Part shown: piece by piece, positions 54,939 to 61,305 of the stretch
Position numbering within the stretch: position 1 is the stretch's first letter
How the letters are laid out: each line of letters starts with the position of its first letter
Assembly (NCBI GenBank): GCA_045644125.1
Contig: JAZRGJ010000103.1
Span: 1 to 61,305, forward strand
From: Eubacteriales bacterium
Lineage (GTDB): Bacteria; Bacillota; Clostridia; Oscillospirales; CAG-272
Reading direction: 5' to 3'
Length of the DNA: 61,305 bases
Position numbers and translations under genes: made by a program
Notes under the pieces: model-generated
Database searches by the model: none
What the model was told of the DNA's origin: nothing
Seen by the model: only the letters and a program-made list of their open reading frames with translations

Positions 54939-55040
54939 ATGGCTAAGACTAAAAAAGGTAACAAGATCGTTTGCGTCGGCGGATATGTTAAGTCTGACGG
55001 AACTAAAGTTAAAGGTCATCGCCGCTCCACTCCTCGCTGA
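54939..55040 (+). CDS. small basic protein, 33 aa (MAKTKKGNKIVCVGGYVKSDGTKVKGHRRSTPR)
   Basis: Not in the track because it is too short. GGAGG lies 9 nt upstream of the ATG. A GC-rich 9-bp hairpin (TCGCCGCTC/GAGCGGCGA) straddles the stop. Confidence 0.4.
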   Translation: MAKTKKGNKIVCVGGYVKSDGTKVKGHRRSTPR

Positions 55041-55123
55041 GCGGCGACGTAATTCGGCAAAAGAGATTTAAGAAACTATATTACGACAACATTTAAGGTT
55101 AAATTTGAAAGGGGTATTCTAAA

Positions 55124-55297
55124 ATGTGGGGAAATACGAAAACTTTTAAAATAGTTTATTACGACAATAATGTAAAGTCCGGCGACAAACGCAGGTCGAC
55201 TTTTATTGAGGCTTATGACAGAAGCGACGCTATCTATAAGTTTCATCAGGACTACGGGCAGGATTACGTCGTAAGAGATTGCATTGAAATCGGATAA
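55124..55297 (+). CDS. small hypothetical protein, 57 aa
   Basis: Not in the track. The ATG is preceded by GAAAGGGG. The protein is MWGNTKTFKIVYYDNNVKSGDKRRSTFIEAYDRSDAIYKFHQDYGQDYVVRDCIEIG. Confidence 0.35.
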   Translation: MWGNTKTFKIVYYDNNVKSGDKRRSTFIEAYDRSDAIYKFHQDYGQDYVVRDCIEIG

Positions 55298-55311
55298 AGA
55301 GAAAACGATAG

Positions 55312-55340
55312 GTAGATCCGTCATTCAATGACGGATCTAC
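55312..55340 (+). repeat. 14-bp perfect inverted repeat (GTAGATCCGTCATT c AATGACGGATCTAC); possible terminator without a T-tract
   Basis: Read directly from the sequence. It is followed by GACAAAA...TTTTGTC, a second short inverted repeat that overlaps the next promoter. Confidence 0.5.
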
Positions 55341-55367
55341 GACAAAACCAAGAAGTATTGGATGATT

Positions 55368-55396
55368 TTGTCCTATAAAGCATGTTATAATATAAT
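55368..55396 (+). promoter_or_regulatory. promoter with atypical -35 (TTGTCC-N17-TATAAT), family copy b
   Basis: TTGTCC at 55368-55373 and TATAAT at 55391-55396, upstream of the NMNAT-macrodomain gene. Confidence 0.45.
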
Positions 55397-55427
55397 CGTA
55401 AAATAACATTGGAGGAAAGCAGATATT

Positions 55428-56990
55428 ATGAAAATCACCGTTCTTTTCGGAAGTTTTAATCCGCTTACTAACGCGCATGTCGCAGCGATGAAAAACGCAG
55501 TCAAGGCAATCGGCGCCGACCTTGGCTTGTTCGTTGCCGCTAATGGACAGTACCTCAAGAGGAAGACGCTCAAGATAGGCGATCTCTTCTACCTCTCCGA
55601 GGACGAGAGAAAAGAGAGCGTCGAGCAGGTTTGCGCCTCTGAGCCTAAGCTTCAGTTCTGGGGTTACGAGCTTGGTGGCATAAATCCCAATCGCTTTAAG
55701 ACGCTTTGCAAGATTCAGAATCAGTATCCCGATGCCGAGATCTACGAGATCCAAGGGGCTGACAAGGTACGTACGCTCTTGAAATCCGGTTACGGCGAGG
55801 AATACGTTGGCAAGTTTCGCTTCGTTGTCTTCGAGAGATACGGCATCGACCTTGAAGCCATATTCCGTGAAAACCCGTTGCTTGATAAGCTTAAAGATTC
55901 TTTCGTTATTCTTCCACCGCTTGACGAGATCAGCTCTACAGAAGTTCGCCGTCGCTTCTATGCGGGCGAGGACTTTTCCGATCTTGTGCCGCCGGCGGTT
56001 GTTGAGATCGTGAGCAAGCACAAGCCCTCGGATTTCAGCATCTCATTTAAGGAGCGTATGAAGGTCATGATGTCAAGCGGCAGGTTTGGCCGTCAGAACG
56101 CCCGCAAAGAGATTTATAAGCTCAACACAGAACTGTTTCACGCATGGCAGAACGGAACCGCCGATATCGACCTCGGCGACCACAAGGCATTCCTTGGCGG
56201 CGCGAAGCTCTATAAGAAGCCCTTCGACGTCAGCAATATGGGCGAGGTGTACGAGTCAACTGTAACAGGCTGCGTCAACGCCGACTGCATGGATGTTGCC
56301 GAGCAGCTCATCGCACAGGGCTATCATCCCGCAATCCTTAACCTTGCTTCAGCTAAGAGACCTTGCGGTGGTTGGGATGCCGGTATGGGCGCGCAGGAAG
56401 AGTCGCTTTGCTTTTCCTCTACTCTCAGTCAGTCGCTGTACCAGTTTGGTGACCCCAATTATAAGAACGCCCCCGATAGCGGTGCCCCCACAAGGGAAAT
56501 CGCCTATCCGGACGACATCCACTACGGCGGCATTTACTCTCCCGACGTTACATTCTTCAGAAACAACATCTCCAAGTACTACACCCTCAGAGAAGAGTCC
56601 TTTAAGTGCGACGTTATCACCGTGGCGGCGCTTTGCTTCAACGGTAAGTCCCACTATGCGGGTATCGATGAGCTTTCGTATCAGGCGGAAGACGGCGGTT
56701 TTACCCCCGAGGGCAAGGAGATTATGCTCAGCAAGATCCGCACTATCTTCCGCATGGGTGTGGAGCATGGTAAGGATGCGCTTGTGCTCGGCGCATTTGG
56801 CTGCGGTGCTTATGCGCTCCAGCCCTCTGCGGTTGCCCCTTTGTTTCGCGTAGTTATGGAGGAACCTGAGTTCAAGAACAAGTTCAAGCAGCTTGTCTTT
56901 GCCATCCTTGAGCGTCCTCGCAGACCGCAGGGGCTTGACGGCAAGTTCGCTCCCTTCTACCGTGAGTTTGGCGCTTATTCGCTAAAATAG
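55428..56990 (+). CDS. fusion protein: nicotinate/nicotinamide-mononucleotide adenylyltransferase (NadD/NMNAT-like) plus a bacterial-type PARG-like macrodomain (TIGR02452/DUF2263)
   Basis: The N-terminus has ITVLFGSFNPLTNAHVAAM (GxFxPxxxxH) and EISSTEVRRRF (ISSTxxR). The C-terminus has ILNLASAKRPCGGWDAGMGAQEESLC (the GGG-X6-8-QEE type signature) and LVLGAFGCGAY. Confidence 0.8.
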   Translation: MKITVLFGSFNPLTNAHVAAMKNAVKAIGADLGLFVAANGQYLKRKTLKIGDLFYLSEDERKESVEQVCASEPKLQFWGYELGGINPNRFKTLCKIQNQYPDAEIYEIQGADKVRTLLKSGYGEEYVGKFRFVVFERYGIDLEAIFRENPLLDKLKDSFVILPPLDEISSTEVRRRFYAGEDFSDLVPPAVVEIVSKHKPSDFSISFKERMKVMMSSGRFGRQNARKEIYKLNTELFHAWQNGTADIDLGDHKAFLGGAKLYKKPFDVSNMGEVYESTVTGCVNADCMDVAEQLIAQGYHPAILNLASAKRPCGGWDAGMGAQEESLCFSSTLSQSLYQFGDPNYKNAPDSGAPTREIAYPDDIHYGGIYSPDVTFFRNNISKYYTLREESFKCDVITVAALCFNGKSHYAGIDELSYQAEDGGFTPEGKEIMLSKIRTIFRMGVEHGKDALVLGAFGCGAYALQPSAVAPLFRVVMEEPEFKNKFKQLVFAILERPRRPQGLDGKFAPFYREFGAYSLK

Positions 56991-57000
56991 TTTGTTAACA

Positions 57001-57026
57001 GCTGCAAGGATTTTTATCCTTGCAGC
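57001..57026 (+). terminator. hairpin (GCTGCAAGGAT tttt ATCCTTGCAGC) downstream of the fusion gene; a weak terminator with no T-tract
   Basis: An 11-bp perfect stem, 10 nt after the stop. Confidence 0.4.
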
Positions 57027-57061
57027 AAAATTGTTAAAATTAAAAGCGTTTAGGGATAGAT

Positions 57062-57090
57062 TTGTCCGATAAGATATGGTATAATATAAA
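57062..57090 (+). promoter_or_regulatory. promoter with atypical -35 (TTGTCC-N17-TATAAA), family copy c
   Basis: TTGTCC at 57062-57067 and TATAAA at 57085-57090, upstream of the Sel1 gene. Confidence 0.45.
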
Positions 57091-57121
57091 TAAAATCATG
57101 ACTATCGAAAGGAAATGAGGT

Positions 57122-58345
57122 ATGAGTTACATCCACAACAATAAAATCAACATCGAAGAAATTATTGAAAAAGCAAATCTTGGAGATGCAGAGTCACAGT
57201 ATACATTGGGAAGAGCCTATTGTAGCGGCCGTTATGTAGAGCGTGATTATAGTGCGGCAGTTAGATGGTTTGAAAAGTCTGCCGAACAAGGAAATGAAGA
57301 TGCTATGATTTTTCTTGGAACATGTTATATTCAAGGTTATGGTGTGGAAAAGAACGTGTGGGAAGGCATTAAACTGTGGACTATGGCAGCCGATCGTGAC
57401 AATAAACAAGCTATGATCAAGCTGGCTTCTTTACATTACAATGGTTCTTATAGCTTTGATGTCAATTATAACGAAGCGTTCAAATGGTACATCAAAGCTG
57501 ATTGTAAGTCCAGAATTGGTGAATGCTATCTCTATGGCCGTGGAGTTGAGCAGGACTATAAAATGGCTGTAAAATACTTTATTGAGGCAGATGACAGAGA
57601 TATGCTTGGTGAGTGCTATCTTCACGGCTGGGGGGTAGAGAAAAATGTTAAAAAAACGGTTGAACTTTGGGAAAGCATATCGGAGCATACGAATCATACC
57701 ATAAATGACAAGCTTTGGCATCTTTACCTTGATGGTAACTTTATAGATCCTGATTATGAGAAGGCCTTTCGGCTATTGAATAACGAAGCGTTTAGAGAAG
57801 ACGGTGATCCGGAAGGTGGTGATTATGAGGCGCGCTACGAGTTGGCCCGTTGTTATTATGAAGGTAAGGGTGTCAAAAAAGACACGAAGCTCGCCCTTAA
57901 ACTATATAGATCAACCATTGAACTCTTTTACAGATATGACGGATCAGCTTCCATTTCAGAGGAACCGGATTGTATTCTAAACACTCGTAGAATTCTCGTG
58001 AAGCACGGTTATAAAAGTGAAATCAATAAAATTAAGAAAGCGGCTGAAGCCGGTGATGCCAAAGCCGCGGAAATTCTGGAAGAGGCTGGAATTGAATTTA
58101 TCGCGCCTCAGCAATCAACTCCTATTTCGACTGAGCTTACAGTTGAACCGATATTAAAGGCAGCTCCGAAACGTGAAGCTCCTATTGATATTGCCGTTGG
58201 AGAAACTGTTATTCACAAGATTTTCGGAGAGGGTATTGTTCGCAAATCCGAAAATGGATATATTATTGTTGCATTTGCTTGCGGAGAAAAGAAATTTTTG
58301 AATCCCGAAGCTTTTTACAACGGTTTTTTTAGTCGCGACGTCTGA
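57122..58345 (+). CDS. Sel1-repeat (TPR-like) protein with a C-terminal UvrD/PcrA-C-terminal-like (Tudor/DUF3553-like) domain
   Basis: Repeated units AESQYTLGRAYCSGRYVERDYSAAVRWFEKSAEQGNEDAMIFLGTCY... are the Sel1 pattern. The C-terminus GETVIHKIFGEGIVRKSENGYIIVAFACGEKKFL resembles the N-terminus of the 409-aa protein at 36371-37600. Confidence 0.7.
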   Translation: MSYIHNNKINIEEIIEKANLGDAESQYTLGRAYCSGRYVERDYSAAVRWFEKSAEQGNEDAMIFLGTCYIQGYGVEKNVWEGIKLWTMAADRDNKQAMIKLASLHYNGSYSFDVNYNEAFKWYIKADCKSRIGECYLYGRGVEQDYKMAVKYFIEADDRDMLGECYLHGWGVEKNVKKTVELWESISEHTNHTINDKLWHLYLDGNFIDPDYEKAFRLLNNEAFREDGDPEGGDYEARYELARCYYEGKGVKKDTKLALKLYRSTIELFYRYDGSASISEEPDCILNTRRILVKHGYKSEINKIKKAAEAGDAKAAEILEEAGIEFIAPQQSTPISTELTVEPILKAAPKREAPIDIAVGETVIHKIFGEGIVRKSENGYIIVAFACGEKKFLNPEAFYNGFFSRDV

Positions 58346-58571
58346 TTTCTCAATAAAAAACAAGCCTTACGGTTTATGAAGCTTATTGCCATTCTCAAAA
58401 CGCATATTATGAGGAAATCGGCTACCGAATGCGCAGAGATTGAGCTATCAATGTCCGTAAATTAGTACACGAAGTGTGTTATAATAAGTTAGCCAAGTAA
58501 TAAAGGACGATTTTATCTTTTAAACCATATTATAATCTAAATGTACTAAAACAAAAAAGGAAATTGTAAAA

Positions 58572-59162
58572 ATGATCGACGAAAAAAGACTTGAAACAAC
58601 ACCCGTTCAGCATATCCGCAATCTTATTGAGAGCATCAAAGACGGTAAGCTGAGCGTTACGTATTATGATCCGATTGAGCCCTCGTACACCAGAAGCTAT
58701 GACGTGTCATGCTCGGCGGTGGATGCCGATGAATTCGTTTCGAAATATGAGGCTCTTACAAATGCCCTTGAAGCGATTGGAAAAGCGCGCGAAAAGCTCA
58801 ATTCCGGAGCCGGTGCAGAAGACGTGCTTACGCCCGAGCAGATTGATGTTTGGAATACATACGTATGTGATTTTAAGGAGAACTTTGATGCGGGCGAATA
58901 TAAGCTTGACGAGCTTTACATAAGACGGGAGGACGGAGACGAGCTCAGCGAAGAGGAGCATGAAGTTCTCGAGCGTCACTACGAGTGGTTTGAAACACAG
59001 TGCTTAAAGCGTTTGCCTAAAAAGGCGTATTCTCCGATGCTTCTTGTGAATAAAGCTCAGAGATATGAATATTTCATCAGTCAGAATGCGCCAAAAACCG
59101 TGATTGACGAAGAAGGACGTTGCCTTGCCGAAGAGCTGATTCTCTATTATGCAGCAAAATAA
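58572..59162 (+). CDS. hypothetical protein (196 aa)
   Basis: An AAGGAAA RBS. Acidic, with no recognisable motif. Confidence 0.45.
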   Translation: MIDEKRLETTPVQHIRNLIESIKDGKLSVTYYDPIEPSYTRSYDVSCSAVDADEFVSKYEALTNALEAIGKAREKLNSGAGAEDVLTPEQIDVWNTYVCDFKENFDAGEYKLDELYIRREDGDELSEEEHEVLERHYEWFETQCLKRLPKKAYSPMLLVNKAQRYEYFISQNAPKTVIDEEGRCLAEELILYYAAK

Positions 59163-59212
59163 AACCCTTGTTTGAGAATAATGCAAACAAAAATCATATT
59201 AAGGAGTTTAAA

Positions 59213-59863
59213 ATGGATACGCATCTTCTTAACGGGAAAAGTACAGAAGATTTATTTGCCGATACAGAATACACGTGGGATCTGACAGAAGATTCAGAGG
59301 CGGAACTCTCTGGCGAGAAATTTAATTATCATTTCATTTTCGGAAATGAAAAAATCGTGTTCATCAAAGCCGGCGCAGGTGGATCTTCACGAGGATATAA
59401 GGATAAATATATTAAGATGGCAGAGCGGATCCACGAGAGAATCGGCGCTACTGTAATCTGCGCTTCCAATCCTATAGATCCGATATGTGATGCTCCTGAT
59501 GCTGAAGAAATTCGTTGGGCAGTAAACAAAATGGGACTTGCGAGCTTTGAGCTATATCTTCTGGGCGTCTCAGATGGCGCCTATTTAAATCTTAATTTAG
59601 CAAGCCAATTTCCTGAAACGGTAAAATGGATCGGTATAAACGCCTCTTTTGTTGAAATATCTGATCTGGAAGAAAAATTGAAGACGTTGCCAAATGTATT
59701 CAAGCTTATGATTTACGGTACGCGAGATGACAATTTCAATGAGGTCGTACCTGAACTCAGCGAAATGAGTTGTGACAATTTCACTTTGAAATTCGTCGAA
59801 GGTGCAGACCATAGCTTCAAGGATATGCTTGAGGAATTTGTTTCACTATCTGATTTTGTATAA
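59213..59863 (+). CDS. alpha/beta hydrolase fold protein
   Basis: The start is at the ATG at 59213 behind AAGGAG. Nucleophile elbow GVSDGA, acid YGTRDD and His in GADHSF. Confidence 0.5.
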   Translation: MDTHLLNGKSTEDLFADTEYTWDLTEDSEAELSGEKFNYHFIFGNEKIVFIKAGAGGSSRGYKDKYIKMAERIHERIGATVICASNPIDPICDAPDAEEIRWAVNKMGLASFELYLLGVSDGAYLNLNLASQFPETVKWIGINASFVEISDLEEKLKTLPNVFKLMIYGTRDDNFNEVVPELSEMSCDNFTLKFVEGADHSFKDMLEEFVSLSDFV

Positions 59864-60037
59864 AACAGTAAAACTGTAAAAGATGCGTATTTCGACTTAT
59901 AATAACGTGGGGGAATATGAGTTTTGATGCAGTTTCTAAATTGCGCATCGACTGAACGAGAAATGCGTTTGCAGTGTGATTGAGATTGTGTCGGGGCTGC
60001 AATGTCCTATATACAAAGCTTGTTGAAAGGATAAAAA

Positions 60038-60145
60038 ATGAATATCGTAATTGACAATGACGTTTGGTGCGAGCTTGAGGTTGAGGGCTGCGTTTGCAAA
60101 TATAAATTCTTACTACCTAACATTCCCATTGGAGTCGGCGTTTAA
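60038..60145 (+). CDS. possible small protein, 35 aa (MNIVIDNDVWCELEVEGCVCKYKFLLPNIPIGVGV)
   Basis: Not in the track. The ATG lies behind GAAAGGA. The stop is 1 nt before the next ATG. Confidence 0.25.
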   Translation: MNIVIDNDVWCELEVEGCVCKYKFLLPNIPIGVGV

Positions 60146-60146
60146 C

Positions 60147-60338
60147 ATGAAGGTGTCGTACGAGCGCAAGACCACGCCGGTTATTTCGAGGAAAGAAAAG
60201 GTAGAGCCCAAGGATTTCCTCAAGTTCTTCCGAGAATTCCGAAAGGCGTATAACGAGAACTATTCCTTGTTCTATATGTTCACCGTAAGCGCCAAGGAGT
60301 GGTATGACGGATTTTGCATTGAAGGAGCTGATTGCTGA
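60147..60338 (+). CDS. hypothetical small protein (63 aa)
   Basis: The track ORF 60051-60338 was trimmed to its first ATG (MKVSYERKTTPVISRKEK...). Confidence 0.35.
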   Translation: MKVSYERKTTPVISRKEKVEPKDFLKFFREFRKAYNENYSLFYMFTVSAKEWYDGFCIEGADC

Positions 60339-60509
60339 TATGAGAAATTTTGAAGATCTTAAAAGAGTGTCGATGATGGTAATGGCCCTGTTATTGCTTT
60401 TAAAAAAGAGGACGAGGTAAGTTTCGAAGATATTGAGGATGATGCCGAGTATTTCAAGGTTGCAGCAACTTACAAAAATCTCTTTAATCAACAAAAGGAA
60501 GACAAAGAA

Positions 60510-61199
60510 ATGACCTTCGGAGAAATGGAACAAAAGTTAATCGAGGAATGCACGAAAGATCCCATTGATTTAGATAAAATTAAAACGCTTATCGATAATG
60601 GAGCTGACATTAATGCTTGTGGGGGAAAATGGAATACACCATTGAACAGAGAGATTGTAAATTATTACGCATGTAGAGGTGAAAAGTTTGAAAATCGGAG
60701 TTTGTCAAATTTCGCGCAAGTGATGGAGCTGCTTATCAACAGAGGAATGCTGTTGAATCCTAAGCCGGGTGACAGCCACGGATTTTTGTTGCCGGATTTG
60801 CAATTTTTGCCTCCGGAGAAAATCTGTATTGATACATATAAAATGCTATTGGAAAAAGGTAATCCTTCATTTGAAGACCTGGACTACGCATTGTATTGCT
60901 ATGTATGCAATATGCATAGTACGGATGATGATTACGATTTTTACTCTTGGAAAAAACCGAAGATGTACAAGAAAAAAGATTGTCTAAATTACTTTCTGGA
61001 AATGACATATTGGACTTGTGCATATAAGGTAAAGCTGTATCCTGAAAAATGCGCTGAGGCTTTGCTTGCTTTTGATTGGTTTAATCGAGAAAAATACACA
61101 GTGAAGCTGAAAAGAGGACGTCAAACGTCGCGAGTTGTTATTGAAGACGATGAAACCCAACAGAGCGCCATAATTTATAGCTACACAGAAGATGATTGA
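60510..61199 (+). CDS. hypothetical protein with an ankyrin-repeat-like motif
   Basis: An AAGGAAG RBS. IKTLIDNGADINACGGKWNTPLNREIV fits the ankyrin consensus (L...GAD.N..d..g.TPL). The remainder is unrecognised. Confidence 0.4.
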   Translation: MTFGEMEQKLIEECTKDPIDLDKIKTLIDNGADINACGGKWNTPLNREIVNYYACRGEKFENRSLSNFAQVMELLINRGMLLNPKPGDSHGFLLPDLQFLPPEKICIDTYKMLLEKGNPSFEDLDYALYCYVCNMHSTDDDYDFYSWKKPKMYKKKDCLNYFLEMTYWTCAYKVKLYPEKCAEALLAFDWFNREKYTVKLKRGRQTSRVVIEDDETQQSAIIYSYTEDD

Positions 61200-61227
61200 T
61201 TTTGAGTAAAACGAAGGAGATACAATA

Positions 61228-61305
61228 ATGAGCGAATTTGATAATCTGAAAAAGAAGGTAGAGGAAGGCGAGGTCGCCACAATAACATTGTTTTTAGATG
61301 ATGAT
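61228..61305 (+). CDS. hypothetical protein, N-terminal fragment (runs off the right edge)
   Basis: The ATG lies behind AAGGAGA. MSEFDNLKKKVEEGEVATITLFLDDD... is open to the end of the window. Confidence 0.35.
   Translation, partial: MSEFDNLKKKVEEGEVATITLFLDDD

Noticed and set aside
55230-56021. 263-aa minus-strand ORF overlapping the small ORFs and the NMNAT domain
   Set aside because: It is antisense to a gene with clear nucleotidyltransferase motifs, and it spans an intergenic promoter and hairpin region, which a real CDS would be unlikely to do.
37601-61305. Integrase, transposase, att repeats or a tRNA gene marking the island as a defined prophage/ICE
   Set aside because: I searched the translated ORFs and intergenic regions by eye. 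No tyrosine or serine recombinase, DDE transposase or relaxase motifs, and no tRNA-like cloverleaf, were found in the window. The mobile-element nature therefore remains an inference, not a feature call.

Overview
The window looks like a low-GC Gram-positive (Clostridia-like) chromosome: strong GGAGG-type ribosome-binding sites, a T-box leader and many hairpin plus T-tract terminators. It has two parts.

(1) Positions 1 to about 37600 are mixed-strand housekeeping and metabolic genes:
- a glycosidase / M24 peptidase / AraC cluster
- TraX, an ABC exporter and a TrmH methyltransferase
- a lipoprotein serine protease with a collagen-like repeat
- a lipid kinase and an M19 dipeptidase
- a T-box-controlled Lrp/AsnC plus aminotransferase pair
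- a pyrimidine operon pyrC-carB-pyrK-pyrD-pyrF-pyrE-pyrB
- an RpiR / MFS / phosphodiesterase operon and a GltS-like symporter
- an FAD-Rieske oxidoreductase and a Mn catalase

(2) Positions from about 36400/37650 to the right edge are an accessory island, mostly visibly more AT-rich and mosaic. Every gene from 37893 onward is on the + strand. No integrase, tRNA, CRISPR array or IS element is visible in the window.

The island holds two candidate novel systems:
- (a) An eight-gene module, 36371-45038, whose four transcription units all sit behind the same element AAAACCCGAT-N19-TATAAT. It encodes a WYL-LRR regulator, a soluble FtsH-like AAA+ Zn protease, a SUFU-like protein, an FtsK-gamma wHTH protein and four proteins I cannot place.
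- (b) A translationally coupled operon, 45684-53911: SNF2 helicase, MoxR AAA+, vWA/HExxH protein, NAD-dependent ligase.

Downstream lie an NMN adenylyltransferase fused to a PARG-like macrodomain, and Sel1, ankyrin and BspA-LRR proteins.

Core-region oddities:
- an in-frame TGA in pyrF at the conserved PGIR arginine
- a PyrB fused to the PyrI zinc domain
- carB without carA
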